Notes: generated by a model from the sequence alone, not told the origin. A DNA stretch of 64,000 bases from Callorhinchus milii (GCF_018977255.1 NW_024704749.1:3162001-3226000), one strand, 5' to 3'; positions 34,038 to 46,650 are shown, counted from the first letter of the stretch. Made by a program: numbers and translations.

Positions 34038-36708
34038 CTAGATAGGGACGCAGACAGGAGACAGAAGAGTAATGCAATAGAATAAGTTTAAGAAAAAAAA
34101 AGGAAAGATAATGTGAACACAACAAAACAACGAAAAGACCAAAAGAATATTCGCAACAAAAGGAAAGTACAGGGCAGAATATTTTAGGTGACTCTAGATT
34201 TAAAATTAGAGCTTTGTAATTAATGGAAGCAATGAGATGAGTATTTCAGCAACAAGTATAGAATATAGCATGCTGAGAATGAAAAGAATGTCCTGCCTGC
34301 TCAATGGCTGGGGGAGGAGTGAGACGCAGAAATTCAAACTTTGTATTCACCTAAAACAGAGTGAAAAGTTGCAATAAGCTGGTGACTGTCAAAGTTTCTG
34401 ACGTCCATTTGTAGGGCAAACACAGCAGTCAATTGTGTGCACAGGAATGTCCTACAAACAGCTTACTGTAATCCTCATATACAATAAGTTAAGAATTTTT
34501 AAAAATCTTAAACATGGCAACAAATCTTAATTCACTGCATAATTTCGGAAAAAATAACTCTTCATTGAGCACTGACTTTTTATTTTAATTGTCTAAGACA
34601 GAATACTCCACAGGAGTTATGTCGGTAACGTTACAAATGAACATCTTAACAATTATATTCTACTCAAGTAGTATTGATTTGCATATAATTCATAGAATTG
34701 TGTGAGTGTGTGTGGGGTTATTACCATCAGTTCAAATAAATTACCACTGTGTGTTCAAACTGGACTTGTACCAAAGTGTGTACTAATACTCAACAGTTCT
34801 TTGGCTATGCCATTTACAGGTTAGACAATTTACACACCATTAATGTACTACAGTCAACGTTTGGTGATTTGTACCTTGATACAACACCAAATTACTGTAT
34901 CATGTCTCTTGCTTCATAACAGTAATCATTCTCGCATTTGATATAGCACTGGATTTGATACAGCACCTATTTCGTCCACAAAATATACACTCAATTCACT
35001 TGACATTGATAAGGCGCTATATCAAATGCAAGGATTATTATCATTATAGACAGCGTTGCTCACTCTGGGCTCCTTAAGGATTATTATTATTATATTATTG
35101 AGAGTGGTATCAAAGTACTTCACAAAGTTTCTGACAGTCTATTTGTAGGGCAAATACAGCAGTCAATTTTGTGCACAGCAATGTCCTACAAATAGCTTAC
35201 TGTGATCCTCATAAAAAAAGTTAAAGAGTTTTTTTTAAGATGGTACATTTCCTAATTATAGTGCCTCTCCTCTCAGGAACACACTATTCTCATCTTGGCA
35301 CTATATGGAACATTGTGCAACAACAGAAAGCTTTCTCTCAACAGTGGAAAACTTCAATTAAGCCATTAGATATTAGCCTACTTTCGGAGATTGAGGACAA
35401 CACTTAAAAGCAGCCATTCTAGCCATTGCAAATAGGATTTTAAATCCTTTTTCCACCAGCCTTTATCATAGCAACCAAAAGGTAAGTAGTGAATCAGAAA
35501 AAAGTTATGAGGGAACTGGATCTTCTCATAGGCCTTACCTCTCTGATCACCCCTTGCTGCCATTGTTGGATCTCAACATAATAACAACAATAATTATTGC
35601 ATTTGATATTGCGTCTTATCACATCTTCAGGACATCAAATTGCTTCACAAAATCTACTGTAAAGTGGATTGTATATTTTGTAGGTAAATAAGATGATAGA
35701 AAAAAATTGCTTTTAAAATGTATGACCTGCATGCTGATTGTTCCTTTGTTGTGTTTCTAAAACTATTTTTTGTGAGTTTTCAAAGGAAGAAAAGCAACAA
35801 TTATCCTTGAATTTGATTTTGCGCCTTATCACATCAAGATGTCTCCAAGGTCTTCAGTTTTTTTACTGTCAATTGTAGTGGCATTTGTAGGCAATAGTGG
35901 CAACCAATATGCGCACTGCAATGTCAAACCTTGGGAATCAAAGTTCTTTCCACTTTTGGCACATAGCATCAGCATGAAGTACCTTCAGCAAATTAATCAA
36001 CATAGCTAGATGGAGAGTATACTAATCCTCCCGTACAACAAAATATATTTACCTCAAACTCATATTACCCCCAACTGCCCAGTGATAAACTACAATTTTT
36101 CACAACAGAGTCATTCAGATGGCTTGTCAACCAGATTGCTAGTTTGTGGATTCAGCTCCACAAGGAACCACTACCCAAACAGATTTCACATAGGACACCA
36201 AAGATAGTCTTCAGGAGGAAAAGAAAACATTGGTAACATAGAACTATCTTAAAGGGTTACCTGATGTTTAATGTATGACTTAGAATAGAAAACCTACTCT
36301 GGATACATGAAACACAAACTTTAAAAAAAATCAGACACATTTTAGTTTGTTCTTTCACAGATTAACATATTGAAGGGTAATAACCTCTGAAGATATTCAA
36401 TTTAATTCCATCGCTGGTAGAGGTGTGGTTTGAAAACAGAACCACTAAAATCTTTTAACAGCATAAGGAGCCTCCCTTTTCACTAATGATACCTCAGTAG
36501 ACTTTGGTGATAATAATAATCCTTGTATTTCGTATAATGCCTTATCATGTCTTTGAGATGTCTCAAAGAGCTTCACGGAATATACTGTGAAGTGAATAGA
36601 CTTGGAAGACTTTAATTGGAAGAAAAAATTAATATCGTCATCTTTGGTATAGTTGGCAACTGCTCCTCATTCTTACTCCACAAACAAACTACAATGACTT
36701 ATACAATA

Positions 36709-37340
36709 CACTGTTACATTTGTATAGCGCCTTTCACATCAGGAGGATGTCTCAAGGCACTGGACATCAGGGATTTTGACCTGAGCTGGAGGTCGGAATC
36801 GGAGAGGGTGGAGGGCAAGATGGGTAGCCAAAGGCTCGGTGGAAAAGGGTTTTGAGACGCGCCTTGAAGAAGGCAAGAGAGAGAGCGAGGCGAAGGGAAT
36901 GTGGGATGAAGTTCCATAGAGTGGGGGCAGAGAAGCTGAAGGCCCGGCCGCTGATAGTGGGGTAGGCCGGGCGGATGACGTTGAGCAGGTCGGAGACTGC
37001 TGAGTGGAGGGAGTGGGCAGGTTGATACGTGGTTAGCAGGTCACAGAGGTAGAAGCAAGGACCTGGAGGGCTTGAAGGCGAGGAAGAGGATTTTGAACTG
37101 TCTCCTGTGGGGTATGGGGAGCCAGTGGAGTCAGGCAAGGATGGGGGTGATGGGGTCATGGAGCCTGGTGCGGGACAGGACATGAGCTGCAGAGTTCTGG
37201 ATGATCTGCAGCTTGTGGAGAGAATAGATAGGAATGCCAACAAGCAGAGTTGGGAAGGCCGACAAGCTGGCATAGTCGAGCCAAGATGAACCCTCATCCA
37301 AGTGATGAATAGAGTTTATCCCAAAGGATCTGATCTTTGT
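36709..37340 (-). mobile_element. L2 3' fragment
   Basis: Minus-strand LHKLQIIQNSAAHVLSRTRL and tail PPDVKGAI. Confidence 0.9.
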
Positions 37341-37617
37341 AAGGAATACATCATTGAGATGCACAATCCTATTATTTTAACTTCCAAGGTCACTGTAAGT
37401 TACCTGGCTTTTACAACTGAAAATAGACTAATATTATAACTAAGCTGCTTAATTTCATACCAAAAAGTGAAATTGTGTAAAACTCCACTGAAATGTAGGC
37501 TACAATTATTGTTACCAGACAGAATCATGCTGAAGAGACTTCAGAAGTTGTACATTGCCCTTTGTAATTGAAAAGGCTAAAATTAATCTGTAACCATAGA
37601 AACAAAATACTCCATGC

Positions 37618-38225
37618 CTGAGGTGGAAACAGAGGTGAGCCTTCATCGCTGCTGTAGTCATCAGTCTGACAGGCTATTGACACCATGACTTTTGGTGGTG
37701 GGGATAGGGATCGGAGATGTTCAGTTGGGGCAATAATGGTCTGTGCAAGGACAGGGAAGGGTAACAAAGAGGCTGCTCTGGCGGAGGGGTGTAGAATATT
37801 GGGGTTAAAGACGTGGGTGGTGTTGTTGGAAGGAGAGAGAATTCTTGATATTCATCAGATGATGCATCCCAGCAAGGCCCAGGGTTGAATTCTGGGAAGG
37901 TGAGAGGGAAAGCAAGTGGAGGAGGTGGAGTTAGGGTTGGCAAACAGGGAAGTGGTGGGCTAGGTAAACGTGGAGGAGGGATGGGTAAACGGAGAGCAGG
38001 AGGTGGAGGAGGAGGGGTAAGTAAACGAAGAGGAGGAGTAGGTAAACGAGGGGGATGGGTTAATGCAAATGGTGGGGTTGAAACATTCTGAAGTCTTTTC
38101 TTATGATCTTGACGTGGTTTGATTGGGGGAGAAGGAGGAATTGATGGAGATGTTGGTGAAGCGGGAATAGATGGGGATGGTGGCCTGGAACGCTTTGGAG
38201 AAGAGTGTTCTCGAGTAATTATTAT
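37618..38225 (-). CDS. PXN: Paxillin proline-rich cassette exon (IIITREHSS...SIACQTD...PLFPPQ) with internal frame discontinuity
   Basis: Acceptor tttttctccag, GC donor; 608 nt is not a multiple of 3; internal acceptor at 37740 gives a clean 123-nt exon. Confidence 0.6.
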
Positions 38226-39838
38226 CTGGAGAAAAACACATCGTAGCTTTAATATTAACTTTAACAATACTGAAGGCTGTTTTCATTCCTTTGCACTAAA
38301 GAAAATGCCCCAGTCAAAATGCAGGACATGCTTCAAGCTGCTATTTGTCACACAACTGGGTTTCTAAGAATGATTAGTGGATTGCACAAAACTCAAGAGG
38401 AACAGCCTGACCCACAATTCAACAAACCTCCTCTGTCAACAATTACATTAGTGTGAGAGGAGCTACACAGCGATTTTAAATACCTAGCAAATTGTCGTCT
38501 CGCCGATCACAAACTGGTTAGTTTTAATCCTGAAACCCAACGACAAAAGTCTGAGATGTCATGCAATTGTCTGGCAGTATTCAATTTTGCCTCAAATAAC
38601 AGTTATTGAAAACTGAACAGATCCAACAAATGCAACTCTTTAATCACTTCTACACCTGGAGCGTATCTCCTGCAAACTGCCACACTGACAGTCGTGCTAA
38701 AATCTCAGATTAAAAACAGAAGCAAGACACATAACTAACCAGGCTCTCTTGTCATAGACTCAACAGGCTTGATGATATGTAAAATAAACAGAGCACTCAA
38801 ATATAATAATCCTTACATGTGATGTAGAGCCTTTAACATTAAAATGTTTCAATGTGCTTCACAGGGAATTGTCAAGTATCTATGTTTGGAGGCAAGCGGG
38901 ACAGGCAACTTGCTCACAGTAATATCTCGCAAATGGGGCATGGAGTAAATGACCAATTTATTTGAAGGATTTCTGGGCAGGCCAGCAGGTGAAGCTCCCT
39001 TCTCTTTTCAACTAGTGCCATGGGATCCGTAATACCACCTAAAATTACAAATACAATCTTGGTTTAACATCTGGCCCACAAAATACACAGTGAATCCACT
39101 TTACAGTATATTCTGTGAAGCATTTTGAGACGTCTCAACAACGTGATAAGGCGCTATATCAAATGCAAGGATTATTATTATTATGTATCTCAGCTGAAGG
39201 CAAAAATGCAGTGTTGCTCCACTGGATTATAAATCCAGATTGAGAACTGAAAATCCCATAATGGGCCTGAACCCATAATCTTCTGACCCAAAAGCAAGAG
39301 TGCTACCAAATGAGCTACCAGATGGATCTTAGAATAGAGGTTGATCAGTTTTCAATACAGTAATTCAGTGCAAGAAGAGCCCTGCACATAGAGAAACAAG
39401 AAAGTTAAAGTACCACCGCACGAGAAACTATCACGGGTATTTCAAGCCGCAGCAAGCATCTGTTAATCTTTAATCATTGTCATCTCCAAATGCTTTATTT
39501 GTATACCTTGGGCACCAATACCTAGTTTAATTCTGACCACATGCCTAAACTGGACAAGGCACACTACAGGAACAAATTCCTAATCTGCCCAGGCAGACAA
39601 CACCACTCTGACACCACTCTGCAACCACACCAACCAACCACACAGTGAATAATTAAACTTGCAACACATCTCCAATAGTCCAACATTGGGAGGCTGGAAC
39701 TTCAATTTCAATGTCTTGGATCCACAGCAAATTGTTAAGCAGCACATGCAGATGGAATTAAGATCAAGGTTTCTTGTGCACTACACTTTACTCCATGCAT
39801 TCCTTGGGTCACAATTTCTCATGCTTTCTTCTCACTAC

Positions 39839-40102
39839 CTTCTCAACCTTCTGAGTTCCGTCCTCGCGTTTCCTGACGGGATTCACAGTGATGACCACTC
39901 CCTCTGTGAGCCAGTCATCCTCTTCCCTTTTCTTGAGTTCCTTCTTCTCAATCCCCAGTTTGTCATGAAGCTCCTCAATAAGCCTGTCCTGAGACACACT
40001 TTTATTAAATATGACGGGGCCATATTTGCGCCGTGCTGACTCCTCCCGGTACATGGGGTGTACATTTGAAGAATCCCTGGTCCTCTTAATAACACATTTC
40101 AT
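39839..40102 (-). CDS. PXN: Paxillin long-isoform cassette exon (MKCVIKRTRD...DWLTEGVVITVNP...VEK)
   Basis: 264 nt phase 0-0; resembles the recalled vertebrate long-paxillin segment DWLTEGVIITVQP...VEK. Confidence 0.8.
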
Positions 40103-40679
40103 CTGTGCCACAGGGAACATTTCACAGTAAAACTACAATCTTGCGGGCCAATATGAAGAAATAGACACACTCAGCAAACACAGCAATGCCACAAATGCAC
40201 AGCCCATGTGCAGCCTTGACACTAAATTGCCCGTCAAGTGGACGCCTTACACGAACACAACCATCAAGGATCTAAATTGCTTTCTGGCAAATTAGACAAA
40301 TTGCACACAAAACAGCCAACATGTAGCATTACCTCAGTAAAAATTACCCTTCTGTCATTAAGTGGTGGATATGTTAATACATACATGTAATGCATGTACT
40401 GTGTTATTCACACACACACTCAGAGCTCTCCCACTATCCACCTCCCGTGATGCATTTAGAAAGAATTGAAATTAAAGTTCACTTTGTTAAATACCACAGC
40501 GAGCTCCACTTTGACTACACCATTATAAGAGTCAGTGCTTGCTGAAAACCAGCCTCTGTTATTTGAATTCTGCAACAGCGCAACAAGCTTGGTGTCCAGT
40601 GCTACTCTGCCATGCAATATCAAGGGCCTCATGCCATGGATCTCTGGAAAACATTCCACACTAAAAGCTTTCTGCCTGC

Positions 40680-41699
40680 CTGGCGAGAGGCAGAAATCCG
40701 TTCCACCACAGGTGTCTGAACTGGAGGCAAATCAAACTTCTCTCCTTGGACCTTCTCATGTAGTTCTGGATGTGGAGAACAGTTCTTCACTTCACCCTGT
40801 GATACACCCATTTGCTTTCCCAGTTCCTGCTGCTCCTGTGTTGCCTGCTGTTCGGATAGTTTTGACATCCTTCTTTCACTGGGTAGATTTGCTGAGACCT
40901 CAGCTCCAGACAGGGCCTCCTTTGCCAGGCTCTCTTGATTCTGCGAGTTCCCTCTCAATTCCTGATTTGAAAGTGGAAGCTCTCTAGTATCGGAGCATAA
41001 AATCTGCCTCTCCATTGCCACCACTTCTTCTTCCCACACTTCCCGTTTGCTCTCCATGTGCACATGTTGCATGGAATCAGGGTACAGGATCAACAGCTGA
41101 TCTATGGCTTCATTCACTTCATCAAAGTCAGTGACCAAGGACGTGGACTCCACCTGCGGTCCACTCTCCAAGGCCAGTGCTGTTTCGGATACCAACCACT
41201 TAGTGTTAGTGGCAGTCAAAGAACTTGGTATCGCGTTGCCCTGATCTTCAGCAATGAGTAGCTGGCTTTGTCTGTTTTGCTCATTTTCCAAAGGCTCTAC
41301 CTTGGATGGCGTCACTGACAGAGAAACGTTAGTTCTCACACATGAACTTTCTTCTGCAACTGGTGAGAGGATGGAATCTACGTGCTGACTAGATGAAACT
41401 GATGCGACAAAGACAGATGAATGAGGTTCATGAACAAACAATGGAGAGGAAGCATGAGGTAAAATGATAGATGGAAGGAAAGTGCCAGGTTCCTCGTCAA
41501 TGTGCAATAGCTCCAGGGGACTGGGTGTTCGTGGGACTGGAGAGGCTAAATGACCATCACTAAACAGAGACTGAGAGTCATGGGGTACAGATGTAGCATT
41601 TGCAGAAGTAAGCATAGACTGGGCAGCACCAGGAGCTGGCAAATCATTCTGAGCAGATGTTTCCTGCTCTTCATCTGGTTCAGGACTTACAGAGTCACC
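40680..41699 (-). CDS. PXN: Paxillin long-isoform giant cassette exon (340 aa, Ser/Glu-rich, ends ERISASRQ)
   Basis: 1020 nt stop-free, acceptor tcaattcag, donor CAG|GCAGGC, phase 0-0. Confidence 0.8.
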
Positions 41700-41829
41700 C
41701 TGAATTGAGAGGAAAGGAGAGCAACAGAAAGCAAGCAATAATGAAATAAATTGGGAGAAGAAAATAAGTTGGGAGAAAAGAACATTTTTACCAAAATATT
41801 CTCCATCCTACATTGTTGCCTCTCCAAAA

Positions 41830-41910
41830 GAGATATATATATATTATATGTAATATATATATATAAAAAATATATTACACACATATATATATATACATAT
41901 ACACACACAC
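41830..41910. repeat. (TA)n/(CA)n compound microsatellite
   Basis: Direct reading. Confidence 0.85.
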
Positions 41911-41984
41911 AATCTAAAGCTGTCCCAAACATCTTGGGTCTTATTCAACATTGAAACCTCCTCCAATGCCTCAACAATACAATG

Positions 41985-42285
41985 CAAAATTACATATGTA
42001 TAGCGCCTTTCATGTCGGGAGTATGTCACAAGGCGCTGGACTGTCAGGGATTTGGACCCAAACGGGGGGAGGTTGTGATCAGAGAGGGGGGAAGGTATCA
42101 GTGTAGCAGAAGGTACAGTCGAAGAGGAAGGTCTTGAGAAGGGCCTTGAAGGAGGCAAGGGAGGGAGCGAGGCGAAGAGAAGATGGGGGCAGAGAGGTTG
42201 AAGGCCCGACCGCCGAGCGTGGAGCGGGTTGGGCGGGGGATGTGGAACTGGCCTGCTGAGCTGAGGGAGCAGACAGGTTGATATG
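41985..42285 (-). mobile_element. L2 3' fragment
   Basis: Reverse tail tatagcgcctttcatgtcggg and RT C-terminal similarity. Confidence 0.8.
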
Positions 42286-42870
42286 GAAACCCTTCCTCTC
42301 AACATGAATACCAATTTAGTAGTCACACCCTCACCTTGAAAGCTCACATTGCATCCATGATTCCCTCCCCACTCCTGATGCCTAAGCCCATTCAGCACTC
42401 AGAGTAATAATTTACAGTCTGAGAGTTTTCTTGTCTCTCTCCCCAAAAACATTTTCTTCTTTTAATGATGAGGAAAGGGAGCATATTTTTGAATCATTCT
42501 CCCAGAACATTTCCTTTAACGACAACAGGAAGAACCAATGGACTCTTAAAATAACAGATACTGTGTTGGGTTGATTGCTACCTCAACAGACCCTGATTCC
42601 AGAAACCAATCTGGAGCAATTTAATTTCTCCCAAACTCACAAAAATAACCTTGCCTTCCTGTTACCTGCAATCTAACTGGAGTAAACAGATTATTGTGAG
42701 CACTTTGCTTTACTTTGATGAGTAACAGGTGTTTGCTGCTGGGCATAGCTTGCTGTGAGCTGCGTGTACAACAATCAAAACAGCTGACAAGGGCTGTTTT
42801 GGAGACAGATGCTTTCATCTGGTTCTTGAAACTGGTGCTAGACGCAGGAAGGAGTCTTGGCCGTACTCAC

Positions 42871-43018
42871 ATTGCTCTGGACCTTGAACTCAGAGAGAGA
42901 CTCCATTAGTTCATCGAGCTCGCGGGTTGCCGAGGAAGCAGAAATCCGAGCTTGCTGCTGGCTGGGAGTGCCACGCTGTGAGGCCGCCCCTTCCACTGAA
43001 GGCACAGCTGCGGCGGGA
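42871..43018 (-). CDS. PXN: Paxillin LD4 exon (SSATRELDELMESLSEFK[VQSN])
   Basis: Acceptor gctttcag; two in-frame donors (exon ends 42883 and 42871). Confidence 0.95.
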
Positions 43019-43619
43019 CTGAAAGCGAGACCACATTTAGTCAGCAGAGTCCTGGAACCACATCAATACACCCAATGGAATGGAATGCAGCAGCTGCATG
43101 CGAGAACTTCATACCAAATTCAATTAAAGCCAAACTGCATCATCGAAATGTCAAATCATCAATCAACACAACTGTAAAAGTGCCAAAAATCAGGGAAGCA
43201 GTTGATTAGTTCCACTGCGATGTTTCATTTGGATCAAATTGAGGGTTTTAGTCAGGAATGATTTAGTTACCACTGACCCATTCATACTAAGCCAACAGCA
43301 AGAAAGTGAAGACACCGTATGGTGCCCGGAACAGGAGAGAGCTCAGCACCTGCATCCCAAGGCTCCCAGTCAACACACTGCTCACTTCAACCTCACTATT
43401 AAAAACCTGTTTTCTTCCCTTTAGCCAGATACTAAACCACCTCCATGTTTTACCTTCTATGTCCCCTGACATTGTGTCATGGCTGGTAGGGGAGGGGGTA
43501 GAGAATTTAGACCCTTCAGTATACCTAGGATTTTTGTCAAAGTTCTCAAGGACCACAAGATGTCTATCTAGATGTGGGACACCGTACTGTTAGTGTCTCA
43601 ATACTCACTCCTTGCTGGT

Positions 43620-43920
43620 CCCCGAAACTCCACCGACTATAAACCAACTCATCCAAAACGTCACCGCTGTGTCCTCATTCGCACAAAACTCTACATCTCT
43701 CCCACTTCCTTACTGTATGTCTCCCAACACTACATACGCCATCAGTGGAGGCCAAGCTTTCTGATTCTACATTCCTAACCTCTGGAACACCCTCCCTTCA
43801 TCCCTTCAACTCGCCCCCTCTCTACCTTAAAACCTAGCTCATCGACTGCACCTATGGTCAACTTGTCCCCCCTCTCTCATCTCCTTATTTGGGTACTATT
43901 TAAATGCAAGTTGTTGTCTT
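43620..43920 (+). mobile_element. Degenerate L2 3' fragment
   Basis: caactcatccaaaac, ctctggaacaccctccc, tail taaatgcaagttgttg. Confidence 0.65.
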
Positions 43921-44453
43921 TCTTTGGAAAAAAATCATGGAGACTCAAGGAGCACGAACTAATTGAGCCGAATGGCCTATTTTAATGCTGTTGTTATTCT
44001 ATGTAATTATGTTCTCTAATATGTTTACTATCCATTCCTCATCCTTATTTTCAATTCTGTTTAAGTCTCTTAAGAATTGTAATTTCCTCCTCGACTACCT
44101 TCTTGTTATTATAATTGTAAATATTTATATTTATAATTACCAGATAAATTACTGTTATAACTTTGCACTCCACTTTGCACTCGCGGGTTTGTCACTTTCC
44201 AGTTAACTTTTAACACCTCCAATTCTTTTTAGCCTCCAAATTGTGAAACCTGTAGGTACGCCTCCAATACGTAACAGAACTAGCTGTACTAAAGTGTACA
44301 CAGGTGCACACATTATCCAGAAGAAGGTTGCTTATCTGCCAAGACAATTTCACGTTGTGGTCTTACGTTTTGGTCTGCAAACCCTTCTGCCCAACTACAT
44401 TTGACAAGATAAAAGTCACAAGACAGATGAAGAAAATACACCCTAAACAATAC

Positions 44454-44655
44454 CTTGGACTGGGAACAGAACTCTCTAGTTCATCCAGCAAGCTCTCCAC
44501 ACTGGGTCTCACATCCTCAATCCCTCGGCCTCCGTTTCTCTTAGGTTTTTCTTTTGTTTGAGGAGGCACTTTTTTCCCCACCTGAGTTCCATTTTCCTGA
44601 CCAGTGTATTGAGAGCTAGTCCCAAGCGTAGAATGGGAGCTGCGAATTGGCTCAT
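44454..44655 (-). CDS. PXN: Paxillin LD3 exon (KPKRNGGRGIEDVRPSVESLLDELESSVPSP)
   Basis: 202 nt phase 1-2. Confidence 0.95.
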
Positions 44656-45878
44656 CTGAGGAAGAGGCAAATCAACAATAACAATAAGAATCAATCGCAA
44701 AACAGTTAACAGCTCAACCCCAATTGGAGATGCACTTTGATGCAAATTATTTTCGAACCACATCTCTGATACTCATAATGTACTCTGGGCAAATTTGGTT
44801 CACTTTCCCCTGATCTGCAGGTCTCTATAAACCTGTTCATCTGGTCGTCAAGTGTTACTGATGCCAGGATCCAGCAATGCTTCCTTTTAACTTACTGTAA
44901 AACTTTTAATAGAGCCCTTTCATCTCAGCTATAGAGGTTGAGATATTATCAACACGTTTCCACTTGCTGTCAGTCCAAAACAAGCTGGCACAAATGTAAG
45001 ATAGCTTGTAGTAGATCTGAAAGGGAGTTTAGGAGGAATTTCTTTACAGAGGATGGTGCTGTGGTTAAAGCAAAAAGCATCAATTTATATATTTGCTTTG
45101 CTCGTGTCAAAGTTCTCAAGCCCACACAATGTCCACACACAATGTAGATGTGGGATACTGTATTGTTAGTGTCTAATACTTACCTCGCTGAGTAAGTATC
45201 TATAAAACAACTCATCCAAAACGTCACCACTGCAGCCTCAATCGCACAAAACTCCATATCTCTCCCACCACTCCCCTGATTGCTCCTCTCCGGCTAACTA
45301 GGGCTTATATATATTTAAGAGAAAGCTCAATGCACACGTGTGAGAGAAGAAAATAGGAATCATGAATGCTCAAGGAGTATGAACTAGCTGGCCAATTTTT
45401 AGGCTGCAGTAAATGTAATTACGTTCTCATGCTTTTCTCTCACTCTCCAGTGAGACTAGAGAGAGAGAGGCTGTAGCCCAGAACTCCTAACATCTACACA
45501 GAAGGGGCATAAAAGGCAATGGAGAAAACAAATGCAAGAAAAAAAAAACTACAGTGGAAAAGATTGAAGATAAAGGCAACTCAAAGTTCTTTGAGGAGCC
45601 TAGGGTAACGGTGTGTGGTGCTGAGTTCAGTTTTTAAATACACATCTCCATTAAGATACACAGTCTCCTCCTGGCAACACAATGCCACGACAACAAGATT
45701 ACACCACATTAACAATTGGGAAATTATGGTGCTTCCTTAATTCTCAAACAGTAGCACGATGCAGTGAGGTGTACAAGACAACACTGCTTGGACTATGGAC
45801 CTTGAACAGGCAGTAGTGAGCAAACAGCGGATCCTGTAGCAAACACCACATTATACTATCAGCACTAATAAAACTTGC

Positions 45879-46018
45879 CTGTTACAAAGCTACTTGGTGG
45901 GTTGTGCTGAACTGCATTCAGTTCCAAGAGAAGGCGGTCCAGTTCGGACAGGTTGCTGCCCAGCGAAGCAGTCATGATCGTCGGTGAAGGCTCTGTGGAC
46001 TTTGTCTTGTTGGGGAAG
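45879..46018 (-). CDS. PXN: Paxillin LD2 exon (FPNK...SNLSELDRLLLELNAVQH)
   Basis: 140 nt phase 2-1, donor AG|GCAAGT. Confidence 0.95.
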
Positions 46019-46106
46019 CTGTATTAATCAAAGATAAACAGCATTATTGTCTAAAAAGAACTACTTGCATTTGTATAGTGTCTCATTTAAACATAAATGC
46101 ACTTTC

Positions 46107-46420
46107 ATAATAATAATAATTCTTGCATTTGATATACCGCTTTTCACGTCGGGAGGACGTCCCAAAGCGCTTCACAGAACACACTGTAAAGTGAATTGAC
46201 TGTATATTTGTGGGCGAACGCGGCAGCCAATTGCGCACAACAATGTCTCACAAACAGTCGTAGATTGAAAATGACCAATTTATTATTGTTTTTGGTTTTG
46301 GAGGGATTATTATTAGACGTGTGGAGTAAGGAAACTTGCCCAAGGTTTCGCCCTGCCGGGAATTGAACCCAGGTCTCTCGCTTGAGAGGTGAGTGCTATA
46401 TCCACTGAGCTACAGGACTC
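46107..46420 (-). mobile_element. Full-length SINE, short subfamily, in PXN intron 3
   Basis: Near-identical to the 868 and 60369 copies. Confidence 0.9.
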
Positions 46421-46549
46421 TAAGGAAGAATGAGAAAAGAAAAAAAAATGAATAAAAAAAGTGAAATATAAAACGTTCTTCAGGAAAGGAGGAAAAAGGG
46501 TGACAGAGGGAGAAGAGAGAGAAAGCCGGTCACTGGTCCGGATTACTAC

Positions 46550-46650
46550 CTGTAGACGTGGTCCTCTTCAGCTGAACGTGGTACAGGAGGACTGACAGAT
46601 TCTCGGGCAATACCGGAGTTGCTTTTCACATTTGAAGAGTAATTCTGTTG
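46550..46650 (-). CDS. PXN: Paxillin exon 3 (…EEDHVY, Y118-equivalent)
   Basis: 101 nt phase 0-2. Confidence 0.93.
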
